64,000 nucleotides of DNA from a virus. Taxonomy: Duplodnaviria; Caudoviricetes. This document shows positions 21,001 through 30,213 of this stretch, piece after piece. A program made the translations under genes and the position numbers. The number at the start of each line of letters is the position of its first letter. The stretch's first letter is position 1. The notes under the pieces are model-generated. The model was given only the letters and a program-made list of their open reading frames with translations. It was not told the DNA's origin and ran no database searches. The stretch lies in the IMG/VR virus record IMGVR_UViG_2974622993_000001, positions 4,390-68,389 of that record; one strand, given 5' to 3'.

Positions 21001-23559
21001 GCTCTTACGCGCCTTAAGAATTCGGATGCAACGCCTCAGCCTGTTGATCTAATCATCGATAAGCTCTTGCAGGGCAAGCAGATTTCCGTACAGGAACTTG
21101 CTGTTCTGAGTGCCACTACCGCTAACCCCAAGGTTGCGCTAGAAGCTAAAGAGGTTATGGCTAAGATTCAGGCCATCAATGATGCCTTGGATCAGGCAGC
21201 TCGTGAGCGTCGTGCGCGAATTGTCATGGAGGAGTTGCGGACTGGCCAGATGACCAGCGAGCAATTCGGCCAGAACTTTGATCGGAATATCCGTTCTCGC
21301 GCCAATGAGAATGGTTCCATCACTATGGACCATTTCGCTAATGGTGGATTTAAGCACATCAACAAGCCGACCAAGGCAGACATCTACCAAGGTCGTGGTG
21401 CCGGAACGGTTTTCGCTGAGTCGAAGACTAAGGGCGAAGCCTATATTCCGCTCGCGCCTGAAAAGCGTGGTCGCAGTTCACAAATCCTAGGCACGGTTGC
21501 GAAAGCCTTTGGCTTCCAACTACTTAAGAACGGTCAGTCAAAGGTTAACCTCAACAAGGGTAACCCAAATCCCAAGGACTTCAAGGGAACCGTCGTTAAT
21601 GGTATGCGCGTGTATGCCGATGGCGGTATTTCAATTGATGACTTTGATGCTCTGGCTCGTGGTGAGATTCACGGTAATGTCCCACTACAGGGTGCCCCCT
21701 ATGTTTGGGGTGGCGTCCATTGGGGTGACTGTTCGGGCGCTATGTCTGCGTTCTCGAATCTTGCTGCGGGACTTCCGCCTTGGGGTTCGCGATGGGCTAC
21801 CGGCTCCGCTGAGGGTGAACTAAAGCGTCGTGGTTTCACGATGGGTCGAGGCTCCGATGGTGATCTACGGTTTGGTTGGCACAACAACGGAGTTGGTCAT
21901 ACGGCAGGAACGCTACCCTCTGGCGCTAACGTCGAGATGGGTGGCGCGAATAATGGTGGCGCATACAATGGTTCGGTTGGTGCTGACGATGGTCAGTTCA
22001 CGAATCATGCCTACATGTCAGGCTTCGGTGGGGGCTACGACTATTCGTCCCCCGAGGGAGAAGATAAGGGCGGCTATGTTATTCGTCCGGATGGTTCGTT
22101 CTATTACGATCCTAATCTGAACACGAGTGGCGGTAGCAATTCCACTATTGTCGGACCTTTCGACGGTGGCGGTAATACGGATTCCATTTCCGGCCTGTTC
22201 GGTTCGGCAGCGAGTGCTGCTGTGGCAGGGCAGGTTTCGGATATTCTAGGTGTCTTCGGTATTCCCGATCAGCCTAGTCAGCTAGCTGCATACAACGAAT
22301 ACATTGATGCCCGCAAGGGTTATCTTTCGGGAATGCTTGAAAAGCTGAACAAGGAAGAACGTGAAAAGAACGGTGGCACAGACGGTACCGGCTCTAAGCT
22401 AAAGGATGGTTCTGCGAGTCCTCTTGAACGTCAAGAACTTAAGGACAAAAAGGACCAGCTAAAGCGTTCATATGATGATGCTAAGTTTGAACGTAGCATG
22501 AAGTATGACGAAGCTAAGGACATGCTTGCCGATAAGTATCGACCCAAGGGTTCCGATAAGAATGCTTATCGTCGTGAGTTGGACGAACTCGAAGATCGTT
22601 ACAAGCGTGAGGAATTCGACAAGGAGCGCGAATATGACGATGCGGTCGACGCTCTCGAAAGAGGCTTGACCAACAAGTATCTTCGTAACGATCAGCCTGG
22701 TACGTCTGCCCCCGAATCCGAAACTGGCGCACAGCAATCCGGCCCACAAGAGCAGGTTATTAATTACAACCCTGCCGCTGGTGCTGGACAGTGGGCACCC
22801 TATGTGGCTCGTGTTCTCACGATGCTTGGTCTTGATCAAGCCTTGGGGGACAAGGTCATTGCTCAGATTGATATTGAATCTAAGGGTGATCCGCGTGCCG
22901 TCAATGAGGGTTATTCTGCTGGCGGTGGCCATCCTTCGGGTCTATTGCAGACTCTTCCGGATACGTTCAATGCGTTTAAGTCTGGGCAATTGTCTTCGGA
23001 TATCTTTGATCCTATGGCGAACATTTATGCGGGTTGTAACTACGCAAACAATGATCCCAAGTATAAGGATCGGGGCATTGCTGGAATCTGGCCTACGACA
23101 GCGGGTTACGCCAAGGGTGGACCCGTTAGCGGCAAGGGTACCGGAACCTCTGATGAGATTCCTTTGTGGGCATCGAATGGTGAATTCATTGTCGATGCTG
23201 CCACTACCAAGGCTGCTGGCGCTTTGCTGCCACACCTTAACGGTAATCCTAAGTTGGCTGCTGCTGTTAGCGACTTCGTAATGGGCACAGGCAATTTGGC
23301 TAAGCAGTATTCTCCGCAAATCGGCATTGCTGCTGGTGTCGCGGATGCTGTGAATTCCACGGCTGTGGGTGCTGCCCGCCAAATCCAAAGTACCGCAACA
23401 GGTTTCGCAAACCAGTTCCGGCACAACGCTCCTGCTAATTCGACAGTGGATAACCGAGTAATGATCGAATCCATTTCGGCTAAAGATGCAGACGATATCG
23501 CTAGAAAGATTGCTCGTAACCAACGTGTTCGGGCTATGACATATTCAGGGAGGCCATGA
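18004..23559 (+). CDS. tape measure protein with NlpC/P60-like and SLT-like peptidoglycan hydrolase domains
   Basis: MAIELAQAYVSL start; Ala/Gly-rich helices; PYVWGG..DCSG..GHTAG; QIDIESKGDP..GLLQ..FDPMANI. Confidence 0.95.
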   Translation: MAIELAQAYVSLHIESKDVPKEVGQALGGNQTQREATKAGEKSGGKFASGMGKVLLGAGAAVGAAGGAAIGGALASGFSRLSKIEEAKSKLTGLGNTSMATSEAMDSALQSVQGTAYGLDDAATIAASAMAAGVKPGKELTNYLKLTADTASITGASLSDTGRVMNNVTTLNNAYNDSLQVLAQRGLPIYTWLSEELGVSTAAVKDLAKEGKISAAVFQRAIAKHVSGAALDAGDTVQGSFENMVTAVTRLGAAFLEPSFKRGPGLIAGITTRIDALAPTVRNLGMDVDDTIFNKLIPGLEKGYAAAKPWAEMQWKSGIGLALQEAGDAIQELTPAVKDLFKATGLGGGAAGVSMFGFITAGVQAFTAGLEAVTPLIKSVSGFLAEHTGIVKAAVGAYLTFKFAQMALGGLRAGWAQTAAASGGALARMRAGMSTANIQGGVLTRTVSGIFTTAGAAAATTARPISAINTLLRGTGTSAAVSGRELSRISTNLQNWGSSTTPIIAGTNRQISTFGSNTRTAATNTGTLGQRFANAGRNALTAGGQMAKAIGSTLGLTAAIVGVGMLAQSWSDARANSQRYAASLKDVEKAQSTAFNALIASRGETTPDVVAATAEQVKGVEDALNSVKGPAWHQRLGDFFQPSGEDSFSIGNIPGLGPDMPEKLSKPSRMQENHDDSQRALKVMDALKITTEEMGVAVSGTSLQWQTMRDRLTAAGDGGNYLLSKMVPLRIEHEASAKAARELAPGTMELGRAIDIMGDSSASASTKLKALKEAMDAANPQGDRASGMAAYGEAIRQVQNEIGNLSGVVIRADGSLDTVNESGAKLYATLRSLAEGAGQAAVSGNMEDMKRVAQENEQVFRQLADATGLSIGKIKELYGTFGGKTVDITMSLANQPEIISQLGFIKSQLDGVKTNVPITIGADQVTKDTEAYLTGLGIKVDRLADPSGKTVKINAQSEGAEAALAGVMQKIIEFNNSNPEANMDLNTARFNLKAGEATDALTRLKNSDATPQPVDLIIDKLLQGKQISVQELAVLSATTANPKVALEAKEVMAKIQAINDALDQAARERRARIVMEELRTGQMTSEQFGQNFDRNIRSRANENGSITMDHFANGGFKHINKPTKADIYQGRGAGTVFAESKTKGEAYIPLAPEKRGRSSQILGTVAKAFGFQLLKNGQSKVNLNKGNPNPKDFKGTVVNGMRVYADGGISIDDFDALARGEIHGNVPLQGAPYVWGGVHWGDCSGAMSAFSNLAAGLPPWGSRWATGSAEGELKRRGFTMGRGSDGDLRFGWHNNGVGHTAGTLPSGANVEMGGANNGGAYNGSVGADDGQFTNHAYMSGFGGGYDYSSPEGEDKGGYVIRPDGSFYYDPNLNTSGGSNSTIVGPFDGGGNTDSISGLFGSAASAAVAGQVSDILGVFGIPDQPSQLAAYNEYIDARKGYLSGMLEKLNKEEREKNGGTDGTGSKLKDGSASPLERQELKDKKDQLKRSYDDAKFERSMKYDEAKDMLADKYRPKGSDKNAYRRELDELEDRYKREEFDKEREYDDAVDALERGLTNKYLRNDQPGTSAPESETGAQQSGPQEQVINYNPAAGAGQWAPYVARVLTMLGLDQALGDKVIAQIDIESKGDPRAVNEGYSAGGGHPSGLLQTLPDTFNAFKSGQLSSDIFDPMANIYAGCNYANNDPKYKDRGIAGIWPTTAGYAKGGPVSGKGTGTSDEIPLWASNGEFIVDAATTKAAGALLPHLNGNPKLAAAVSDFVMGTGNLAKQYSPQIGIAAGVADAVNSTAVGAARQIQSTATGFANQFRHNAPANSTVDNRVMIESISAKDADDIARKIARNQRVRAMTYSGRP

Positions 23560-24503
23560 TGTTTGAACCGTCTAACTCGATCATTGAGCTATTCGGTTGT
23601 GACGGTTCGTATTTCGTTATCCATGGACAGGGTGCTGGGGACCAGGGTGTCTACCTAGGTAAAGGGCAAGCCGAAGGCTTGTATGACGCCCCGGTCAAAA
23701 CCCAGTGGCGCAGTTCGGCTCACGAGATTGGTGGCAAGCATAAGAAAACTAGCTACCTAGTTCGTGAACTTGAATTGGGCTTCCACGTCCTAGGCACCGA
23801 TGTTGAAGCGGCACAGAACGAATCAGACCTACGTAAGGCTTTCGATTATTCGGAAGACCCGTGGGATGACGATGCTGTGCAAGCTAAGCTGACGTGGACC
23901 ATCGAGACGGCAGACAATAGTTCGTCGCGCTCCCTGGACGTATTGCTAAGCGACACACCAGAAATGAAGATGGAGGTTGACCCCCGCACACTAGATGAGA
24001 CTGGATACTTCAATCTAGTTTTGCCCCTGAGTGCGGGGCAACCGATGTGGTATGAACCAAGTGTCACAACGGTTTTCAGCTCCACAGCGACAAGCGCAAG
24101 CGGTACTATCACGGTCTCTAATCCGACCGATCGACCGATGGCCCACAAGTTCATTTGTACTAGGGCCACTTGGGTTTTGCCTGATCCTTCGTGGCGTGGC
24201 AGACGATACCTCCGTGCGCCTGGTGGTCCGTATCCTTCACGGACAGTTACACTTCCGGCTCTCACGAGTACCGATGGTGGCGCTGTCGTGGACTTGGACC
24301 CCATGCAATTGAATGTCCGAAGTGCCAATGGCACAAACCTTTTGGGTCGTATGCCCGTCGTGGGTTCGTACTTCATGCACGTCATTCCGCCTTACACTCC
24401 CCCGACTCAGCTACCTGTTTCCTATACGGGTGCCCCTGCGGGAGGCGCAATGGTTCAGTGTGTGCAACCCCGATTGTGGTCTCGCCCTTGGGGATTGGAA
24501 TAA
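23556..24503 (+). CDS. distal tail (Dit-like) minor tail protein
   Basis: Follows tape measure; IELFGCDGS..GLYDAPV..RPWGLE. Confidence 0.85.
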   Translation: MMFEPSNSIIELFGCDGSYFVIHGQGAGDQGVYLGKGQAEGLYDAPVKTQWRSSAHEIGGKHKKTSYLVRELELGFHVLGTDVEAAQNESDLRKAFDYSEDPWDDDAVQAKLTWTIETADNSSSRSLDVLLSDTPEMKMEVDPRTLDETGYFNLVLPLSAGQPMWYEPSVTTVFSSTATSASGTITVSNPTDRPMAHKFICTRATWVLPDPSWRGRRYLRAPGGPYPSRTVTLPALTSTDGGAVVDLDPMQLNVRSANGTNLLGRMPVVGSYFMHVIPPYTPPTQLPVSYTGAPAGGAMVQCVQPRLWSRPWGLE

Positions 24504-24504
24504 G

Positions 24505-26190
24505 ATGCCTAATAACGTTACATTTACTGATCCACTTCTCACGCAATGCGAACAAATCTGGAATGCTACTCGCGCTCAGATTAAAGAAGATGAACGTATC
24601 CGCAAAGAGCGTCCCGTAGTTAAGATTTGGGATGGCGAATACCATTTGCAATTCCTCTGCCAAGACGAATACAAATTCGAGGCTGAGGTTATTGACAACG
24701 AAACGGGCACCGCCCTTATCGACATTCCCTTCGAATCACCTACGGCACAATGGATTAACCAAGAGTACGAACGTGTCCAGAGGGACGAAGGCAAGAACGT
24801 TCACATGACCTACGAGTATTGCGGTATTCGTAATGGATATCGTCTAGATAACCGTGTCATGGAACGGGATGAAGATGGCATTGCTGTTCTGCACACTACT
24901 TGGCTTCATGATTACGAGGAGCTGAAATGGTATCAGCTCTGGTCTAATCCGTTTCTACTTGCGGCAGTACAGATTCCGCGTGTCTTCATCCTAATCGGTC
25001 CTGCCCGTTGGGTTTTGCTGACCGCTCTGTTCCTGAACATTCTTCGCGACCAACTACACCTCTGGTCTATTCCGGATGATCCGCTGGACGTCAGCGAATG
25101 GTTCGATCTATCGATGAATGATTGGCCGATTGTTGTTGAGCCGCTTAGCTTCCTGGATGACATGGAAGCTGGGACTCTTTGGACTTGGCTATCGTCTCGT
25201 TGGAAGACGTGGCACGATGTGGCCGCGCCTATTTTGGAAGACTGTGAGCTATCTGTTCGCTGTCGCCGGTGGCTAGAGGGTGACGATGACCCTTGGCCTG
25301 GCGCCAATCTCCGCTCTGGCGCATTGATTGTTTCAATTGTTGACCAGTCCGGTAACTACATCGGAACTTCCCACGGCGGAACGCTTTTCGATGGACTGTT
25401 CTACACCATCGGCGACTTCGCTGCCGACTTTATTGAGACCACCTATTCTCTTCTCGGTGGTATGCCATCACCAGATGACTACTACCAGCAAGGTTTCCGG
25501 GGTACCCACAAAACTAAACCGTGGGTGATCTACCGCGAGGGTGACCAAACAGGTATCGACACAAGCGAATTCATCGCCAAGGCTGAAAAGGGTATCCAGA
25601 TTAATACTGGTGGCCACAGTATGCCTGGTGTCAATGAGGCTATCTCCGCTGCCATCCAAGCAATTGGCGACGTGGTGGGAAATGCCTTGCAAATCGGGTC
25701 AATTGGCGGTTCGGTTGACGCACTTCTGAAACCGATTTACGAGGACACCATTCTGGCCTGGATGAGCGTAAAGCTTGTGGGACGCAGTTCAACTCAGGGT
25801 TGGGCTAGGTATTTCGAATACTTCCAGGATGGTGCCGACAAGGCTTACACGCTTTCGTCTTTGCTTGTCCTTCGCGCTGGAATCTGGGCTACCCGTGGAA
25901 CTTTCGGAGTTAAGCTCACTGTTCGTGATGGCGCTCCGTACATGGTTGGCGAACAGGGTCTAGGCGATTTCACTATTGGTGATCGTATCGGTGCGACCAT
26001 TGCCGGTGACCCTACAGGACGCATCTTCGTTGACCGTGTCACTAAGCTAAAGTTGGCTTGGGACAGGGACAATGCGCCTGAATGGGAAATCACCATTGGT
26101 GACGACAAGGAACTAGAGGACCCAGTTGTTAAGGCGTTCAAGAAGATTCAGGCTATTATGACTAGCCTGCACGATTTGGGCGTTTTCTAA
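24505..26190 (+). CDS. minor tail protein (baseplate hub, Gp37-like)
   Basis: VKIWDGEY, LWSNPF, GDFTIGDRIG motifs of mycobacteriophage minor tail proteins. Confidence 0.85.
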   Translation: MPNNVTFTDPLLTQCEQIWNATRAQIKEDERIRKERPVVKIWDGEYHLQFLCQDEYKFEAEVIDNETGTALIDIPFESPTAQWINQEYERVQRDEGKNVHMTYEYCGIRNGYRLDNRVMERDEDGIAVLHTTWLHDYEELKWYQLWSNPFLLAAVQIPRVFILIGPARWVLLTALFLNILRDQLHLWSIPDDPLDVSEWFDLSMNDWPIVVEPLSFLDDMEAGTLWTWLSSRWKTWHDVAAPILEDCELSVRCRRWLEGDDDPWPGANLRSGALIVSIVDQSGNYIGTSHGGTLFDGLFYTIGDFAADFIETTYSLLGGMPSPDDYYQQGFRGTHKTKPWVIYREGDQTGIDTSEFIAKAEKGIQINTGGHSMPGVNEAISAAIQAIGDVVGNALQIGSIGGSVDALLKPIYEDTILAWMSVKLVGRSSTQGWARYFEYFQDGADKAYTLSSLLVLRAGIWATRGTFGVKLTVRDGAPYMVGEQGLGDFTIGDRIGATIAGDPTGRIFVDRVTKLKLAWDRDNAPEWEITIGDDKELEDPVVKAFKKIQAIMTSLHDLGVF

Positions 26191-26223
26191 TTCAAACTCC
26201 TACACCTCCAAGGAGATTCATTC

Positions 26224-26622
26224 ATGTCACTTCGCGAAGAGGAAATGCCCTCTATCAAGAATTGTGATCCGACCGACCCTGAGGAAGCTTTCCTTCCCTA
26301 TTACATGGGAATGCCGAATCAGCGTGGCGCTGGTATGCCTTTCCCAAAGTCGTACTTGCGCTTGCTTTCTCGCCAAATGTGGGAAGCAGGGTGCCGACCT
26401 CCGGGACCTTGCCCCCATTGTGGTGAAGACATTTCGGAAGTTCAATTGCGATATCAGAAACCACCGATGCTTGACCGGGAACATTGGGCAACCAATCCTG
26501 GCATGTGGGTTCCGATTGATACGCCCGAGCCAGAATTTACTCCCGTTGATGAAATCGTTGATGCCATGCCGCCTTTGGTGCGTGAGGCTGTTGACGCTTC
26601 GCTTGATAGATATCGAAAGTAG
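26224..26622 (+). CDS. DUF2744-like minor tail protein
   Basis: CDP.DPEEAFL...S..MWE.G.R...PG.WVP pattern. Confidence 0.75.
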   Translation: MSLREEEMPSIKNCDPTDPEEAFLPYYMGMPNQRGAGMPFPKSYLRLLSRQMWEAGCRPPGPCPHCGEDISEVQLRYQKPPMLDREHWATNPGMWVPIDTPEPEFTPVDEIVDAMPPLVREAVDASLDRYRK

Positions 26623-26631
26623 GTGTGAGAC

Positions 26632-27684
26632 ATGGCAGGTGTAATTGAACCTGATGACACTCCACCCGCTGGATCATATGAAGCAAGTGTGGAAAATCTT
26701 TCTACTTGGTCTGCCCGTTCAGAGAATCAATGGAAAGATATCACTCGTGGTAATGCACGTAGTGGATATGACAATGCTGCTGCCGGTAGGAATTCCCTGT
26801 TCGGTCAATTGTCTTCTGTCGCAGCGGGTTTGGCCGACGTTGTTTCCGATCTTGGTACGGTTGTCTCAGGCATTTTCGATAACTGGTTTGGCGGTGGCTC
26901 TACTGGTGATCCGCTGGAAGTGGGTTATACCATTCAGGCTATTCGCGATGCTGTCATCGAGGGTGCCACTGTTGTAACCGTAACATCAAATGGCACAAGG
27001 GTAATCCCATCCACTATTACCGAATGCCATGCCATTGTTATTGGCGGTGGGGAGAATGGACAAGACGGTTCTAACTCTCTCACAGGCAGTGCGACTAGAA
27101 CAAACGGTGGTCGAGGTGGTTCATTTAAGAGTGTTCCGCTAGATGTGAATACCGTTAAGGGGCAGACTCTTACGATTACCGTTGGCGTTAATGGTTCAGC
27201 GACTACCGTAAAACTTGGTGCTACCACCTTGGCTTCGGCTCAGTCTGGTGAAGTGGGCGGTATTGCTGTTGGCGTTTACGGTTATACGGGAACAACTTCC
27301 ATTCCTGGTGATGGTGGTAAAGGTGGCTATGGCGCAGCATCAGGTCAGGATGGCGTTAATGGGCTTGACGGTACGGCTTCTGCTGTGGCCGCGAAAGGCA
27401 TTGGCGGAACAGTAAGTTCAAGTTCTGGCCCCCGAAATGGTACTGCCGGTGGAAATGCAGACCCTGCCGCTAGCGTCAAATCTGGCGCTGCTGGCGGTGG
27501 CGGTGGCGCTGGCGGGCATACGGCTTCCCTTGCGGGAGATGCGGGTTCGGGTGGACCGGGTGGATACCCGGGAGGCGGTGGCGGTGGCGGCGGTTGCGGC
27601 GCTAATGGTGGTCTAGCAGGCTCAGGCGATAACGGACCAGGAGGAACAGGGGGACCAGGAATCGCATGGCTAGTGTACAAATAA
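26632..27684 (+). CDS. glycine-rich minor tail protein
   Basis: GGGGGAGG/GGYPGGGGGGG C-terminal domain. Confidence 0.8.
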   Translation: MAGVIEPDDTPPAGSYEASVENLSTWSARSENQWKDITRGNARSGYDNAAAGRNSLFGQLSSVAAGLADVVSDLGTVVSGIFDNWFGGGSTGDPLEVGYTIQAIRDAVIEGATVVTVTSNGTRVIPSTITECHAIVIGGGENGQDGSNSLTGSATRTNGGRGGSFKSVPLDVNTVKGQTLTITVGVNGSATTVKLGATTLASAQSGEVGGIAVGVYGYTGTTSIPGDGGKGGYGAASGQDGVNGLDGTASAVAAKGIGGTVSSSSGPRNGTAGGNADPAASVKSGAAGGGGGAGGHTASLAGDAGSGGPGGYPGGGGGGGGCGANGGLAGSGDNGPGGTGGPGIAWLVYK

Positions 27685-28022
27685 TTCAAGAGAACCTACC
27701 CAGCTACTTCCCAATCTCCAACCTGTACAAGGTAATTGGGGAAAACACGTATTTCATTGTCACAGTTAAGAATCCAATTGATTTGCTGGACATGTTCATC
27801 AATGTTGGTGGAACAACCAAGATTAGACACGTTGACCCTGGCGTGGAAGTGTTCTTAGCCAATGAGCTAGGCAGGGTTGTTGACGCTGACGGTAACCTCG
27901 AAAACGGTTTAACCGCAATAGCTTCCACCGATCCTAATACTTTTGCCTTGGGGCACTTCCCGGCTACAATCACCACCCATAAGGAAGCTCTCAATTATTT
28001 AGGATATGAAATAGATGGCTGA
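27666..28022 (+). CDS. hypothetical tail-module protein
   Basis: EVFLANE.G..VDADG...NGLT..THKEAL..LGY pattern. Confidence 0.65.
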   Translation: MASVQIIQENLPSYFPISNLYKVIGENTYFIVTVKNPIDLLDMFINVGGTTKIRHVDPGVEVFLANELGRVVDADGNLENGLTAIASTDPNTFALGHFPATITTHKEALNYLGYEIDG

Positions 28023-28325
28023 TGTTTTTGGCTATACGCCACAGAAAGCCACCCTTATTTTGTCGCCTGGTGCCGATTTCATCCACACAATTACCCCGAC
28101 CTCTGGGACTTTCCCCGCTGGCATGACAGCTGCAATTAAGTTGTACGCCAGAGGTTCTGACACTGTGCTTGCCACTTGGGCCGGAACGGTTACTTCGGGA
28201 CAGATTACGTGGACAATCCAATCCAATACTGCGACAACGGGAGTCGACGCGACACCGACCCTGGTGGCACTACACTCGATCAAGATTTCTTGTGGTACTA
28301 CGGTACCGTTCAATGGAGGAAATAA
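28015..28325 (+). pseudogene. LtfC-like tail protein gene with apparent frameshift/deletion near 28250
   Basis: N-terminus in one frame; a family-like C-terminus DFLWYYGTVQWRK* in the -1 frame stops 3 nt before the next ATG. Confidence 0.55.
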
Positions 28326-28328
28326 TAA

Positions 28329-28760
28329 ATGGCTGTTACTGCAAAGGTTTTCGGGCCTTTCCTAAACTCTATGGCCGATAAGCTTGTTGACCTTAACTCT
28401 GACACAATCAAGGTCATGCTTACGACCAGCGCTCCCGACCAGGATGCTTGGCAGTTTAAGTCAAGTGTCACAGGCGAAGTCACCGGCACTGGCTATACCG
28501 CTGGCGGCGCAACCGTTGCGTCCCCGACATTCTCGTATAACACTTCCACGAATGTGTGGATGTTCGATGGTGCTGACGTAACTTGGTCTAGCTCAACGAT
28601 TACCGCCAACTATGCGGTCTTCTATGATTCGACTCCGGCGACTGATGCCACTCGTCCCCTGATTTGTTATTGGGATTTCGGTGGGGCACAGTCTAGTTCG
28701 TCTGGTAACTTCACGCTTTCGTTCTCGGCTTCAGGTATCGTTACTGCCACTGTCGCATAA
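28329..28760 (+). CDS. minor tail protein
   Basis: DLNSDTIKVML..GTGYTAGG..DVTWSSSTITA..LICYWDFG. Confidence 0.8.
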   Translation: MAVTAKVFGPFLNSMADKLVDLNSDTIKVMLTTSAPDQDAWQFKSSVTGEVTGTGYTAGGATVASPTFSYNTSTNVWMFDGADVTWSSSTITANYAVFYDSTPATDATRPLICYWDFGGAQSSSSGNFTLSFSASGIVTATVA

Positions 28761-28772
28761 GGGGTTTCATAA

Positions 28773-30203
28773 ATGGCTACTCTACCCACCAGTGTTTCCG
28801 TAGCCGAACTTCCCTCTGCTGCAAGCACTTCGACAGCCCTACCCTCTTCCTTGTCTTCGGGGAAAATCCCTGTCACTGTACAGTCTGCCGCTATCGCTGG
28901 CGCGGCGGGAACCATTGCACTGCAAGCGGTTCCGGGAACCGTCTCGGCTCAACGGAATATCACTATTGATGGCGTCACTGCCACAATGAATGTGAATGCC
29001 ATTCCTGGTGGTGTCAATGTCGAGGAATTCCAATCCGCCAGTCCTGCAACGTTTTCTATTCAAGCGGAACCGGGCACTGTCACCACTACTAGTAGCGTGA
29101 CTTTGAATGGCCCTGCCGCTGCAATGGATTTCGTTGCTGGTGCTGGTATCGCTTTGGCGGTACAAAACCTAGCGCTGGCGGGCGTTAATGCGACGCTCTC
29201 TGTATTGGCTCCTGCCGGTATGGTTTCCACCGATGCTGTCATTAGTGGGCCGACTGCTGATATCTCGTTAGCAGGGCAACCAGGCACCATTACGACGGAC
29301 GCTATTATCTCCGGCCCTCCTGCAACGCTTGACATTTCAGGTCAGCCGGGAATTGTGGCATTCGATGTTATCGGTGCGCCTGGTGTGTTCAGTATTCAAG
29401 CTGAACCGGGTACTGTTTCTGGTAGCGCAAATGTAACTGGAGTGCCCGCAACGCTTTCCGTGGATGCTCCTGCCGGAACTGTTACGGCACAACGGAATAT
29501 CCAAGTGGATGGTCCTGTTGCAATAATCAATCCTGTTGCTAGTCCTGGTGATCACATTGTGACAGCACAGAAGAATGTGAGCCTTTCGGGCGTCGATTCA
29601 ACTGTCGTATTTAGTGCCCCCGCTGGTACGGTCACGGCTGAATTCAATTACAGCCCACCGACTTTCGACACGTCTACCGCTCTTGATGGTTCCAGCACAA
29701 CGAACTTCAACCTTACTGTTGGTGCTAACGCAACCATCATCGTGTTCACGACTGGTGAAAACTTCACTGCCGCAACATGTGACGGAGTTTCGATGACTCG
29801 GCTACAGCATCCCACAAATGCGTCCACGAATGTCTTTTACATTACGGGTCGCTCCGCTGGATCAAGGGCCATCTCTGCATCACGTAGTGGGTCTTCGGGT
29901 TCCATTGTTGCTGCTGTGTCGTACACGAATTCCGGTAGCGTAGTTGCTGTTTCAGACTTGACTACGTCCACCGGCTCCAGTGTCACGCCCTCTGTTACCC
30001 CTACGGGTTCAGGTGGAATTGTGTTGGGCTGCTTCGACTTTAGCGCTAGTAACACTAGCTCTACCTCGAACGGTAACATGCGTGTTCTATACCGTCGTAC
30101 TACCGCCAACAATACTGCTATTGCAGACCGTTCTAGTACGCCTATTAGTATTACCTCTCCGAACAATGCGAGTTGGAATGCTATTGGTCTTCGACTAACT
30201 TAA
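28773..30203 (+). CDS. tail fibre / receptor-binding protein
   Basis: Ala/Thr/Val-rich internal repeats; last gene of the tail module. Confidence 0.7.
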   Translation: MATLPTSVSVAELPSAASTSTALPSSLSSGKIPVTVQSAAIAGAAGTIALQAVPGTVSAQRNITIDGVTATMNVNAIPGGVNVEEFQSASPATFSIQAEPGTVTTTSSVTLNGPAAAMDFVAGAGIALAVQNLALAGVNATLSVLAPAGMVSTDAVISGPTADISLAGQPGTITTDAIISGPPATLDISGQPGIVAFDVIGAPGVFSIQAEPGTVSGSANVTGVPATLSVDAPAGTVTAQRNIQVDGPVAIINPVASPGDHIVTAQKNVSLSGVDSTVVFSAPAGTVTAEFNYSPPTFDTSTALDGSSTTNFNLTVGANATIIVFTTGENFTAATCDGVSMTRLQHPTNASTNVFYITGRSAGSRAISASRSGSSGSIVAAVSYTNSGSVVAVSDLTTSTGSSVTPSVTPTGSGGIVLGCFDFSASNTSSTSNGNMRVLYRRTTANNTAIADRSSTPISITSPNNASWNAIGLRLT

Positions 30204-30213
30204 GGAATAAATT

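Noticed and set aside
18714-23523. Numerous minus-strand ORFs inside the tape measure gene
   Set aside because: Expected shadow frames of Ala/Gly-rich coding sequence
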